Origin: Eledone cirrhosa
Lineage: Eukaryota
NCBI GenBank assembly: GCA_964016885.1
Contig: OZ024742.1
Location: forward strand, 9,982,001 to 10,046,000
DNA length: 64,000 nucleotides
Direction of reading: 5' to 3'
Program-made: the position numbers and the translations under genes
The notes under the pieces: model-generated
Database searches by the model: none
What the model was told of the DNA's origin: nothing
The model's input: only the letters and a program-made list of their open reading frames with translations
In this document: piece by piece, positions 1 to 14,710 of the stretch
How the letters are laid out: every line of letters begins with the position of its first letter
Position numbering within the stretch: position 1 is the stretch's first letter

Positions 1-2339
1 AATTATGTGCATGTATATATGTACATATATATATATATAGAGAGAGAGAGAAATATATACATATATTATTTATATCGTATGTATTGGCACATATATACTT
101 ATATATATATGCACATATATACTTATCTATATCTATCTATATTTATATATATATATATATATATATACTTATATATATGAATATACATATACTTATATAT
201 ATATACAGACATACGTGTGTGTGTGTGTATGTGTGTGTATGTGTGTGTGTGTGCGCGCGCGCGCGCGTGTGTGTGTGCGTGCGCGTGTGTGTGTGTGTGT
301 GTTTCGGTGTGTGTGTGTGTGTTTCTGTGTGTGTTTCTGTGTGTTTTTGTATGCCTGTGTGTGTATGTCTGTGTTTGTTTTCATGTACATATAATTCAGT
401 CAGTTTTGCATTCGCGAAGATTTGCTGCTGTGAAATATTTTATGGAGCATTATTATATTATTTTATGTCTGACAATGGCGAACATATAATGTTTAGCTGA
501 GTATTATATACTTCGCTAGACATACACTGTATCAATCATTGCACATTCCTCTTCCTCTTTCAGTTTATCATTTTACTGTCCAATGTAATTTTATTATTTA
601 TGACACGTTTTTCCTGGAAGCGCTCTGCTCTCCGTCCCAAAGCAGAACATACATAATTCTATTCCGTTCAAAGTTTCGCGACTGATTATAAAATTATTAT
701 TCATAACATGATATTAATAGTAATTATTGTTTTAAATTCGTGGCTAAGAACCACATAAGCTATTGAAGAATGTATTTTTAACAAGCTATTAGATTTATAC
801 CTTATTGGAATAACTGAACATTTTAGCTAATTCTACGTAATCAACAACGAAATTTTAAAGTTAAGATATAAAAGTTACGAAAGAAAATGAATAAAAAATA
901 AATACATATAAATATAAATTCTAAAACATATTGGTTCCATTCTTTGTGAGAAGCGTCAATAATTTGCACGAGAATATAGTTATAGACAATTGACTCTGTT
1001 AACCTAACTATATATCTGATTCCTATATAATTATATAATTATACTGTTATTGAGATCCTCTTTGCAATCGTTCAAGCAAATACATACGTGTATATTAGCG
1101 TAGCTTTCAAAATCTATCAATGATATTATGCTATTATCTAAGTGGAATCTGCAGAGCGTGTTGCTGTAATAGTTTTCTGGTGTAGGGAATCGAATCGTTT
1201 GGACTTCACGTTCGTAAACATACAAGCGTCCAAGTGAGTCTAACAAACATTTAACGGTAAATGATAATAAGTTTATATTAGCTGAGAGTGGGAACAGCCG
1301 ACTGAGAGACATTGTAGGTAGTTCAGACTGGTGTGTTGGACTTTGTGTTTCGTTCCTATAACATATATGTAATAAGTAAAATAATTAAATCTAAGTAATT
1401 AGTAAAAGGTCAACATTTATGACCTTTATATAGAGAAACGAATCGTGGCTGGGAGACTCATCAGGTATCTACAGACCAGATCCACTATCTGACTCACAAG
1501 TGAGAAATAGTGGTGATAAACTGGACAATAATTACACCAATTCACCATTGTATAATTACACTGCTTTATCATTTGCCTATGTTTTACTTATCTTTTAGGA
1601 TGTTTGTTCACCCCAAAACATATATAGCCCATATTTGTCGTTTTGCCATTTTCCCTATGAAAGTTTCTATTGTCTCGAGTATAAGAAAAAACATGTCCAA
1701 TGAGTCTCACCGTAGAATTGAAAACAGAACCACATGATTGGTAAATAAACGTCATAACCACTTCACTATGTCTACACCTAGGTATATACGGAACGGGGTG
1801 ATTTACGTCTTTCTATATTTCTGTTACTATTAGACACTATTTTGACTTTCAGAACAGAGGAATATTAACAGTAACCAACTAACCTCTCGGATAAATTATG
1901 TTGTATGGACCTGTAACTCCTTATACAGGTGTAGGGGCACCATCATCTACGGGAGTCTATTTTTCCCCACGTTTGAACACAGTAGATCTCTTCAAGAGAA
2001 GAAAGAAGGGAGAAATAGAGAGGGAGAAATAGAGAGGGAGAAAAAGAGGAAGAGGATGAGGAAGTTTTAGGGAACTTGACCCAGTACTAGATTGATACTT
2101 TTTTTTACCTTGAAAGGGTGAAAGGCAAAGTGGACTTTGATAGGATTTGAACTCAGAATTTAAAGAACTGGAATAACGCTAACCATTTCACCGATGATTT
2201 AACGTCTCTGATAATTTGTTGCCGAAGTTGAATGAAGAAACAAAGATAAAAGAATGAAACCAAACAGAATCAGAAATTCTTGGGAATTAATGAAGTAGAC
2301 AGTGTACTGCGACACACAAACATATATATAGTGAGAGAG

Positions 2340-2676
2340 AGACACGCACACAGAGAGTGGCATACACTGAGTGGCACACACACTCAGGCAAACACAGGCA
2401 CAGACACAAACACAGACACACACAAAGACACACAGACACACCCAAACACAGACACACCCAAACACAGACACGCACAAACACAGACACACACAAACACAGA
2501 CACACACAAACACAAACACACACAAACACAGACACATGCAAATACAGACACACACAGACACCGGCACACACAAACACAGAGATACGCACGCAAACACAGA
2601 CACACACAAACACAGACACACACAAACACAAACACAAACACAGACACAGACACACACAAACACAGACACACACAAA

Positions 2677-2713
<37 letters not shown>

Positions 2714-2760
2714 ACACTCACGCCCACACACACGCTTAGGCACACACAAACTAAGGTAGA
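2340..2760. repeat. CA-rich compound micro/minisatellite
   Basis: acacagacacacacaa-type units. Confidence 0.85.
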
Positions 2761-3635
2761 CACACGCAGATGAAAGAAACTGTTAGAAGCTGCGTTATAG
2801 AGACTCTAGATTAATACTTAAAACAAAGCTAAATGTGAAAAACAAGGTAAACGGCTCTAGCTATCCTGCTAATAAATCTTAGTTAAAATATTCTCAACTA
2901 GTCACTAAGTTAATTAGCATGACTAGACGGGAAATCAAGAAAATTAATGACTGTATTTAGAATAAAACACACAGATTGTTACATAGAATATTATATTTAC
3001 TATGAGTTAGAGGAAATTTCTTCTAAAATATCTACTGCAGGACTCGAAAAACTATCGTATAAAATAAAATATAAATGGAAACTAATAGAAAAATACCTAT
3101 AAAATATAAATAAAAAATATATTTTGTCTTCAAGGAAGCTGACAAATATAAAATATAGAGTGAATTAAGAGGCAACTATGAAAAGAATGGTGAGACATCG
3201 GAAAGTGTTAAAATACTAAAGTCTAAGATGTTGGTGTTACCTCAAAATGTCATATTAAGCCGATCAACAAAACCTGACAAAACAGAAGAAAAGAGAATTT
3301 GAAGCAGCATTATTGAGGAGTTAGAAACCGAGGAAGGCTGGAAAATGTTGGGAATATTCACAAAATAGTTGAGGTGAGCTCAAATAAAATGTAAGCTAGA
3401 AACTAGGAGTGATTAACTAAGAGGTGAACATCCTCACGTATTTTGGGGGAATTTGTGTATTTTTTAAGAGGATATCTAACCTAGATGATTTGATACTGAG
3501 CCACAGACAGGAACAAAAGGGGTACTGTGATGAGTAAAGAGAAGATGGAGGTGTCCTTACGTAGGGTCTTTTCAAGGGTCGACTAAGCAACCATATTACA
3601 GTAGGTGGTCGAAAGGAACCGATCAATGCTGCAAA

Positions 3636-4045
3636 GTGACATGTCTCTATGTAGTGACCTTTGATATGTCTCTACGTAGTCACCTGGTGACGTATCTCTA
3701 TGAAGTGACCTTTGACATGTCTCTATGTAGTGACCTGGTCACATATCTCTATGTAGTGACATCGTGACATGCCTCTATGTAGTGACATTTGACATGTCTC
3801 TATGTAGTGACTCGTGACATATCTCTAACTAATGACCCCGTGACATATCTCTATGCAGTGAACTAATGACATATCTCTATGTAGTGACATCGTGACATGT
3901 CTCTATGTAGTGACTTCGTGACATGTCTCTATGTAGTGACTTCGTGACATGTGTCTATGTAGTGGCTTCGTGACATGTCTATATGTAGTGACTTCGTGAC
4001 ATGTGTCTATGTAGTGGCTTCGTGACATGTGTCTATGTAGTGACC
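3636..4045. repeat. 26-bp minisatellite
   Basis: gtgacatgtctctatgtagtgacttc, about 16 copies. Confidence 0.9.
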
Positions 4046-4229
4046 TCATATCTTCATGTTTTGAAACAATGTTTCTATCATACATTGTGTATGAGTCTTG
4101 TGACCAATAATAGATAGAATCATTGTTGCTGATATTGTAAAACTAAATATGTATGCACATATATAGAATCATTAGGACATCTGACTGATAAAATGACAAG
4201 TCAGTCAATCATATTGGTGGCCTCCCCAC

Positions 4230-4510
4230 AGCCTCGGCGGACAGAATGGAGAAGGCGTTTCTCCGGAGGACGGCAAGGGAGACGCGCTGGAAAAGCCACT
4301 TCAACTCGCGGGGCTCACACCTGCGGCTGGCCAGCTCAGCGCCAATCGTGGTGAGTAGGAAGGTAGGGCTAGGGCCGAGGACACCAGAAGTCTCCACTGC
4401 CAAGGGTAAAACCACAAACCTGTCGGAGAGCAACCGGTATTTGAAGAGTTTGGCCTCCTCAGCCCGACGTGCAGCAGAACCTGGGTTAGTTGCAGACTGC
4501 ACCAGGTTGC
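4230..4510 (-). mobile_element. CRE/SLACS-like non-LTR retrotransposon 3' fragment (restriction-like endonuclease C-terminus)
   Basis: GSAARRAEEAKLFKY..FVVLPLAVETSGVLGP..WLFQRVSLAVLRRNA; GC-rich island. Confidence 0.8.
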
Positions 4511-6224
4511 GGCTGGAGAATATTTATTATTGCTACCGATGTTGTGCTTTCTCAACCATATTTTCTATGTAGATATATATTTTGTTTTTCTGTTTTTAAT
4601 CAACTATTTACTTGAGGGTACACAAACGAATGAAGTGCTACGTTGGACTCTATCGATCATGATAGTCGACCAACAACAACTTGAGAAGTCTCAACAACAT
4701 CATTTAATTTCTATCACACCAGGGTAGTATATTTTGGAGTAATTAGCCTCTGCCACTTTTTTCTTCTCTTTTTGCGCATTCATATTTAAACACTTTGAGT
4801 AAATATTTTCATATTTGAGTTATTTGTTTAATGTTTTTTACTCAATATTTTAATTTTCTGTCTAACAAAATTTCATATTTTTTATATATCATTTGTTTTA
4901 TGTATATATCTGTTTGATTTTTTTAACTTCCGTGTGTTTCTGACTATAACAAAAAATGATTTACTTTATCATGTCTCTATATCTCTAACGACTTAAATTA
5001 GACTGGACAATTTCAAACAATGTTGCCAATTATTTTATGTATCTACTCGACATTCAACATTTACTCTATCTCCCACATGTTATAATTCCCATGTATTTTC
5101 TACAAGTAATTCTTTGATCTGCTGCAATGTTAATGTGTTTTGTCACTGTTCATTGAACTGCACTGTGAAGCAATTTACAGGTTACATTTTCATATTACAT
5201 TAATTCAACTGTATACACACAGATTTGACTTGTTGTTGTTCTTACTTAGCTCTACGAAAACTCTAATTGATCATCTACATTTGAGCCATGGCTATGATAT
5301 TAAAGGGTTCTCGGTTATTATACAAAGCACACTTCACATTTATTTTATAAAAGAGGACTAGGAGTTATTTCAAAGATATTTGGCTATTATTGATTCGAAG
5401 GATATTTGACATCCTGGCAACATCTTAGATGAGGGAGGAAGGAGGAAGAGAGAAGGAGGTTTAGAAGAAGAATCGACACCAGTACTGGACTGGTGCTTTG
5501 TTTCGACCTTAGAAGGAAGAAAGGCAAAGTTGACCTCAGCAGGATTTGATGACGGACAGCAGAGAGCAGGTTCATTTAAAAAATATAAGTTCAATATTAG
5601 AATTAAAAATCGATCTTTTTAATTGCTTATTTCTTATTGCGGCATTCATTTCTCGAATAATATTACATTTCATGACATTTTCCATTCGTTATGTTGACAT
5701 TTATCACCCGTAGCAATATATTAAAGACAGTTTCGAATAAACTGAGAAAGAAGATAGTCTCGTTACGGTGAGAATTTATCGCTATAATCATTCAGATTGT
5801 TTGTCACGTAACCATTGAACTAACTTTAATAGAATTAATCCAAAGATGTTTCATAACCATCTTTCATAAAAAGGAGATAGATGTTTACTGTTAAAATTGT
5901 TTTGTTTTACATTGTTCACATGATAATCGAGAGTATCGCACTTGTCTGTGACATATTATGCTCAGGAATGTGATGCCCAGCAAGTGAGATCTTTGTAAAT
6001 ACTTTAAATATCTTAATATTATACAACTGAATGTAGAGCTGATCAGAATCTATTAGTTGGTTTATTTCATACGAACATTTAACCCTGAAATATTACAAGC
6101 AAATTGTTTTCATAAGTGCGATTTCACATCAAAGCACTTGCAAAATACAAAAGAATACCCCCACCACACACTCGCACACACAGACACACAGACAGACACA
6201 CAAACACACATACACACACACACA

Positions 6225-6302
<78 letters not shown>

Positions 6303-6802
6303 CACATACATATACATATGTGTCTGTGTGTGTGTATGTATATATACATATATATTCGTCAGAAATGTAAGTTATGCAAGCAGAATGTTAGAAATGCTAA
6401 CGTGATATAGGGTAGTATTTTAGCAAAAATAACAAAAGAAGAGATAAAGTAAGAATTATAAAAGTCTTTTGATGTGGTTTGGTGCTAATGATGTCGCCAC
6501 CCAGATTGATATCAACTGTACAGTATTCAGAGGATGCTGTGTATTTGGTGATTATTATCACTTGGTTGGGAAGGGCAACTTCTGACATTGTCGACATTGT
6601 AAAGAGGCCTCCATGCTTCCCGAGATTCGCCAACACTACAGCTAATGTTCCCCCTCCATACACATACACACATGTATACCATGACTCATACACTATTCAC
6701 TTCCCTGACTATTGTGTATTATTCTATGTACTATACATGCACCTTTGACGAGTTGTAGTGCACCTGAGCACTGTACACAATAATTTCATTATTATTATTA
6801 AC

Positions 6803-6982
6803 AGCGGTGAATTAGCAGTATCGGTAGAGGGCTGGACGCCATGCTTTCTAGCATAGAGTTACGTCCCTTTACAGACTGAGTTCAAATCCCACCGAGGTTA
6901 ACTTTGACTTTCATCCTTACGGGATCGATAAAGTGTAGTACCAGTAATGTAGTGGTTTATTGATGGTCTTGTGCCTATTATG
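6803..6982 (+). mobile_element. tRNA-derived cephalopod-type SINE
   Basis: A-box-like ttagcagtatcggtag, B-box gagttcaaatcc, core gaggttaactttg.ctttcatccttacggg. Confidence 0.8.
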
Positions 6983-7039
6983 ATGACAATTATTGATGGT
7001 CTTGTGCCTATTGTGCCTATTATGACGAAGTCGAAGATG

Positions 7040-8930
7040 AAGGAGATGATGGTGGTGATGGTGATGGTGGTGGTGGTGGTGATGGTGGTGATGGTGGTGA
7101 TGGTGGTGATGATGATGGTGGTGATGATGGTGATGGTGATGATGGTGATGGTGATGGTGGTGGTGGTGATGATGGTGGTGATGATGATGGTGGTGGTGAT
7201 GATGGTGGTGGTGATGGTGATGGTGGTGGTGGTGGTGATGGTGGTGATGGTGATGATGGTGGTGATGATGGTGATGGTGATGATGGTGATGATGATGATG
7301 GTGATGATGATGATGGTGGTGGTGGTGATGATGGTGATGATGGTGATGATGATGATGGTGATGATGATGATGGTGGTGGTGATGATGGTGGTGATGGTGG
7401 TGATGGTGGTGATGATGATGGTGGTGATGATGGTGATGATGATGATGGTGGTGTTGATGATGATGGTGGTGATGGTGATGGTGGTGGTGGTGGTGATGGT
7501 GGTGGTGGTGATGATGGTGATGGTGTTGGTGGTGATGGTGGTGATGATGGTGGTGGTGGTGACGATGGTGGTGATAATGGTGGTGGTGGTGACGATGGTT
7601 GTAATAATGGTGGTGGTGGTGACGATGGTGCTGATAATGGTGGTGGTGGTGACGATGGTGGTGATGGTGATGATGATGATGATGATGGTGCTGATGATGG
7701 TGATGATGGTGATGGTGATGCTGATGATGGTGGTGATGGTGGTGATGGTGGTGATGATAATGGTGGTGGTGGTGACGATGGTTGTAATAATGGTGGTGGT
7801 GGTGACGATGGTGCTGATAATGGTGGTGGTGGTGACGATGGTGGTGACGATGGTGGTGGTGGTGACGATGGTGGTGATAATGGTGGTGGTGGTGACGATG
7901 GTGCTGATAATGGTGGTGGTGGTGACGATGGTGATGATAATGGTGGTGGTGGTGACGATGGTGGTGACGATGGTGGTGGTGGTGACGATGGTGGTGATAA
8001 TGGTGGTGGTGGTGACGATGGTGCTGATAATGGTGGTGGTGGTGACGATGGTGATGATAATGGTGGTGGTGGTGACGATGGTTGTAATAATGGAGGTGGT
8101 GGTGACGATGGTGGTGATAATGGTGGTGGTGGTGACGATGGTGGTGACGATGGTGGTGGTGGTGACGATGGTGGTGATAATGGTGGTGGTGGTGACGATG
8201 GTGGTGATAATGGTGGTGGTGGTGACGATGGTGATGATAATGGTGGTGGTGGTGACGATGGTGATGATAATGGTGGTGGTGGTGACGATGGTGGTGATAA
8301 TGGTGGTGGTGGTGACGATGGTGCTGATAATGGTGGTGGTGGTGACGATGGTGATGATAATGGTGGTGGTGGTGACGATGGTGGTGATAATGGTGGTGGT
8401 GGTGACGATGGTGATGATAATGGTGGTGGTGGTGACGATGGTGATGATAATGGTGGTGGTGACGATGGTGGTGATAATGGTGGTGGTGGTGACGATGGTG
8501 GGGATAATGGAGGTGGTGGTGAGGATGGTGGTGATAATGGTGGTGGTGGTGACGATGGTGGGGATAATGGAGGTGGTGGTGAGGATGGTGGTGATAATGG
8601 TGGTGGTGGTGACGATGGTGGGGATAATGGAGGTGGTGGTGAGGATGGTGGTGATAATGGTGGTGGTGGTGACGATGGTGGTGATAATGGTGGTGGTGGT
8701 GACGATGGTGGGGATAATGGAGGTGGTGGTGAGGATGGTGGGGATAATGGAGGTGGTGGTGACGATGGTGGTGATAATGGTGGTGATGGTGACGATGGTG
8801 GGGATAATGGAGGTGGTGGTGAGGATGGTGGTGAGGATGGTGGTGATAATGGTGGTGGTGGTGACGATGGTGGTGATAATGGTGGTGGTGGTGACGATGG
8901 TGGTGATAATGGTGGTGGTGGTGACGATGG
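7040..8930. repeat. (GGT/GAT)n grading into a 30-bp higher-order repeat
   Basis: ggtggtggtggtgacgatggtggtgataat from ~7550. Confidence 0.92.
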
Positions 8931-9267
8931 AAGAGGCGGAAGTAGGATATATGGAGGAGAGGGTAATGATGAAACAATAGCAATTACGATAACAGCGATT
9001 ACAATGACAATCAATAAAGATGGTGGCGTAGTTCTGATAATGGCGACGACGGGGGATACTAAGTGATGAAACCTGTATATAGAGTATGTTGGTTGTCAGG
9101 TGAACTGTGGCTGAAATAAACTCAGCAACCCCAAACATGTCAGCTATATAGCCGTACTCAACCGTGGTGAGACGGCTATATAGCTGACATGACTAAAACC
9201 ACACAGAAGTGGATGAGATTAACCAAGGGAAGGCTCCTCAAACACGAATGAGGTCACCCTGAATTGG

Positions 9268-9368
<101 letters not shown>

Positions 9369-9615
9369 TAAATATATTCAACAAATCCAATCGAGCAAGT
9401 GAGGTGAGTACTGCTACAACCCTGACATAACCAAGACCAAACAGAAAGGGGCTGGCGGTAAACCAGGGAAGGGCTCCTTTAATAAGAGTGAGAAGGCCCT
9501 AAATTGCATATATATATGTATATATATATATATATACTTAAGGTAAACATTGATGCAATTCAAATCAAGCACTCAACGTACTTATTCCACATAGGAGCGA
9601 CGGAGTAAATATCGA

Positions 9616-10121
9616 ATAAGGAAAAGCGAAGTAGGTTCAGATGTTCAAGTTCTTTAATAATAATGCTGTGATATAAATTTCAATGGCGACAGTGGCCATA
9701 CTGCTCCGTGCGCCAGTGTCCCGACATCGCCAGACAGCTTGTTACATAATAAGGTTATGTTTCCGAGGCAATCCAAATTGAATCGACATGGGAATTGACG
9801 AAGTGTGTGTTCTCGGGTTCTTCGTCCGTTCCCTTGTGAGTATCAATTCCCCCCCCCCCCCACCGGTCTGCGCAGGCGATGTCGATTCAATTTGGATTGC
9901 CTCGGTAACATAACCTTATTATGTAACAAGCTGTCTGACGATGTCACGACACTGGCGCACGGAACAGTGTGGCCACTGTCGCCATTGAAATATATATCAC
10001 AGCATTATTATTAAAATAAAGTACCAGTAATGTACTGGGTAATTGCTGGCCTTGTGCCTAAATGTAGAAACAATTATTATTAAAGAACTTGAACATCTGA
10101 TACTACTTCGCTTTTCCTTAT
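9616..10121. repeat. Fold-back element with ~175-bp inverted arms; SINE 3' tail inserted in the right arm
   Basis: 9616-9789 versus 9879-10121, with insertion ~10013-10082 bounded by attattatta. Confidence 0.85.
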
Positions 10122-10151
<30 letters not shown>

Positions 10152-10168
<17 letters not shown>

Positions 10169-10370
10169 ATGTAGGAAAATGTATGACTCCGATGGCAGAG
10201 CTCAAGCCGTTTCGACGGCTATTTCTGGAGTCGAGAAATAGCCGTCGAAACGGCTTGAGGTCTCCGGTCGGGGTCATACATTTTCCTATTAACCACTCTA
10301 CTACCCTAAGTATTGAGCACTCTGGTGCGTTATAGTCCATCTGGTTCCTTTCCACAACTCCTTCGTCATA
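10152..10370 (+). mobile_element. (TA)n-embedded short element with 5' snap-back hairpin; relatives at 15716-15910, 15976-16168, 26940-27000, 57213-57390, ~35515-35590
   Basis: Shared body ggggtcatac..cactctactaccctaagtattgagtactctggtgcgttatggtccatctgg; inverted arms differ between copies. Confidence 0.75.
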
Positions 10371-11259
10371 TATATATATATATATATATATGAAAGACTT
10401 GCTGAACACATTAAGCCAAAATGACTTCTCACCGCGGTCATTATCTTACATATCTCTATACCAACTCTGCATCTCCTCATGCATTGAGTACTCCCACGAG
10501 TAGTGTTCTCTCCAGTCTCAGCACCACAGACTGTGTTTGTGTATATGTGTGAGAGTGTGTATGTATGTACGTGTGAGTGTGCGTGTGTGTGTGTGTGTGT
10601 AAGTATGGGTGTGTGTAAGTATGTGTATGTATATGCGTGTTGATGTTGGTTTCGAAAACAACCGACTTAGACCAACAACTTGGCAACAATTGCCTTCTAT
10701 TTTTTCATTCATTGTTTTTTACTTCCTTTCAATCTTCACAGCAATTTTATTTTTATTCTTTTGATCGGTCACTTAATAGAAATTTCTCTTGATAACCAAA
10801 TTGAATTCCAATATCTTGTCTTTTATAATCGTTTTACACGTTGTTGTTGTTGCTGTTGTTGTCTTGTTATCAGATATTATATATAATTTAAATTTTAGCA
10901 ATATTAACAGACATGAAGACAAGTCTTGTCTTGGTGTATGACGTTAATACTTTACATTGCTTTCATAACAACCTATGAAGATATAGGAATATGACAGAAA
11001 TGTAGGTATTATATATATACTGAATATAGAAACGGCTTTTACAGGTCTAGAACTGTTTCATTCAAAAGTATTTCTCAGGCATTCCTGTTGATTTTTTTTT
11101 AATGAAACCATTTCTGTATTAAACTTGATGTTTACATTCTACTAATGTGTTGTAGTAACTGTGGCTACCCCCGACTGAACGCTGGACTCACACACACACA
11201 CACACAGATATGCACACACACACACACTCACACACACACACACACACAAACACACACAC

Positions 11260-11293
<34 letters not shown>

Positions 11294-11417
11294 ACACACA
11301 CATACACACACACACAGATATACATATCTTAACTATAATAAAGAAAGTAGTGCGGGACTGCATCCAGAATGTCTTTTTTTACCTTGTTTGTGAAATAAGT
11401 TGGATTACTTTGAATAA

Positions 11418-11608
11418 ATAATTGTTTTTACTTTAGGCACAAGGCCAGCAAATTACCCAGTGCATTACTGGTACTTTATTTTATCGACCCCGTAAGGATG
11501 AAAGGCAAAGTCAACCTCGGCGGGATTTGAACTCAGATCGTAAAGGGACGTAACTATGCTGGAAAGCATGGCGTCCGACCCTCCACCGATACAGCCAATC
11601 CCCCGCCC
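11418..11608 (-). mobile_element. SINE, same family
   Basis: Reverse complement of the SINE consensus, full length. Confidence 0.88.
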
Positions 11609-11762
11609 CTTACTTTGAATAAATAATGAATGAATATTACATAATTTATGTGCTAAATTTCGTAGCTGTTGATTAAATATATTTTATAGCTTAATCTTTA
11701 AAATTCACTTCTTTAAAATTATCAAATGTCAACACTTCTGGTTAGCGGCCATTATATTATAA

Positions 11763-11953
11763 AGGCAGTGGATTGGCAGTATCAGTAGAGGGTCGGACGC
11801 CATGCTTTGACGCAAAGAGTTACAGCCCTTTCCATTCTGAGTTCAAATCCCGCCGAGGTTAACTTTGCCTTTCATCCTTACGGGGTCGATAAAATAAAGT
11901 ACCAGTAATGCACTGGGTAATTGCTGGCCTTGTGCCAAACGTAGAAACAATTA
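11763..11953 (+). mobile_element. SINE, same family
   Basis: ggcagtggattggcagtatc..gagttcaaatcccgccgagg..ggccttgtgcc. Confidence 0.88.
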
Positions 11954-11963
11954 TATTATAACA

Positions 11964-12152
11964 GGGCGGTGGATTGGCAGTATCAGTAGAGGGTCGGACG
12001 CCATGCTTTCCAACATAGTTACGTCCCTTTACGATCTGAGTTCAAATCCCGCCGAGGTTGACTTTGCCTTTCATCCTTACGGGGTCGATAAAATAAAGTA
12101 CCAGTAATGCACTGGGTAATTTGCTGGCCTTGTGCCTAAAGTAAAAACAATT
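11964..12152 (+). mobile_element. SINE, same family
   Basis: Full-length copy in tandem with the previous one. Confidence 0.88.
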
Positions 12153-12764
12153 ATATTATAACACTTATAATCGCATATATTTCCGTCGCTAATTTTCTCC
12201 TAATACAGTTTATATATAATGTCGTCTTTTTTTTAAATATATCATGGATTACTGATTACAGAAGACAGTGTAACATAGACTTTGTTGAATTTCTGTGTAT
12301 ATTGTCAATTACGATTTTATTTGATGTATCATATTTACATGCATATATATTTGTGTATAATACACACTACACATGCTAGCAGAAAACCACCGACAGGGTC
12401 GTTTTTCTGGTAGTATATATAATGCCAAGCTTATTCCTTTCTAACCCTTCTGACATCGGACTTTAACGATAAAACTGACTTGCAACATGAACGATAATGG
12501 TAGCTAGAAATTCAAAAACAATCTCTTATTTGGTTTTAAATTTTGATTTAAAAACTGCAATAAATGGATATCTGAAGATAGCGAATTATATAAGTGTAAC
12601 CCTTATCTAAAACGCAGAAAAACACTGCTCCTGCTCTTATGCAAACAAACAACAAGTCCACAATTATATAGAGATATTACTGAAATTATTAACAGACGTG
12701 TATCTAAAACCTGAAATACACTATAATACTACATAAATGTTTCTTATTTACTTTTGACGGGAAG

Positions 12765-12940
12765 GGGAAATTGGATTAAATTTAACCCAGTGCATTACTG
12801 GTACTTTATTTTATGGATCCCGTAAGGATGAAAGGCAAAGCTAAGCTCGGCAGGATTTGAAGTCAGAAAAAAAGGGCCGTAACTCTATGCCACAAAACAT
12901 GTCGGCTGAAGCTTAACCGATTACTGTCAATCCACCGCAC
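12765..12940 (-). mobile_element. SINE, diverged
   Basis: cccagtgcattactggtac..gtaaggatgaaaggcaaag. Confidence 0.75.
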
Positions 12941-12981
12941 TGAAATAATACTAAACTTGACAGTAGCAAAAGACTCTAAGC

Positions 12982-13203
12982 CGGGGGCGTGCAACAGGCG
13001 GCCCGTGGGCCACAATCCGGCCCACCGGACCAGTCAGAGTGGCCCGCGATGACCGTTTTTATATTTTTACCTTGTAAGCTTATTTAGAATTCTTTTCGTA
13101 ACCGTAATACAATCTTTGGAATAGTGCTTGATAAATATTAATGGCCGTAACAGTTGTTCCAATGTTCAAAAGTGGCCCCCTAGTGGAATATGTTGCACAC
13201 ATG
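12982..13203. mobile_element. hAT-type MITE
   Basis: Imperfect TIRs cgggggcgtgcaac / gttgcacacatg, subterminal ggccc motifs, 8-bp TSD ctctaagc (12974-12981) / ctctaaac (13204-13211). Confidence 0.7.
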
Positions 13204-13262
13204 CTCTAAACAATCCTAGTAATATTCATGTATACACAATTACGTAACTCTCCAATGTGCAA

Positions 13263-13296
<34 letters not shown>

Positions 13297-13609
13297 GGGG
13301 GTAGAGAGGAGAGACTATAAATATGCCTGAGTATGTGTGTACGTATGTAGATATCTATATGTAAGTATCTATATTTGTGTGCATCCGAGCATACAAAGAC
13401 GCACACACACACATATACATACACATACATATATACATACCTACACACATACATATGTACATTGATATTATTTAATTGAATCAGTATTTTTTAATAATAA
13501 TTCTGATTCCAGATGACTCACATAATAATCTTTCAATAAGATATTGAATTATCTTTCAAAGATTTTCATATTAATTAATTTATAATTCAGTATATGGTAC
13601 GGTAAAATA

Positions 13610-14275
<666 letters not shown>

Positions 14276-14564
14276 ATACTTGATTGTGAGATCATAGAAT
14301 GCAATCTCTACCATGATGTGTGAGTCTAGTTCATAGTGAATTACATAAACTGGTTTACTGATGTGTTGGGATGTTTCATGTTTGTTGTATTTAATCTTTG
14401 TTCACTATCGTTTGTTTCAGATAACAATGTTTCATGGTGTGTGTATATATACATATATATGTGTGTGTGTGTGTGTGAATGTGTGTGTGTTTGTGCATGT
14501 GTGTGTGTATATGTATATATGTATATATGACAATATATATATATATATATATATTGGGGCGAAT

Positions 14565-14609
<45 letters not shown>

Positions 14610-14673
14610 CACATTGGGGCGATTTTTCATATGTATATATATATACACTCACACAGATACATTCGGACGAATC

Positions 14674-14710
<37 letters not shown>

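Noticed and set aside
1430-1475. Isolated CTGATGA on the minus strand (others at 50353, 54302, 57498)
   Set aside because: No compatible GAAA and stems
2780-3620. Purine-rich stretch resembling decayed coding DNA (also 49270-50000)
   Set aside because: Many stops and no motif I can identify
6470-6800. Possible LINE 3' end with (ATT)n tail
   Set aside because: No protein motif recognised; cannot be assigned without a repeat library
6898-9138. His-, Thr- or Pro-rich long ORFs
   Set aside because: Trinucleotide repeat open in several frames
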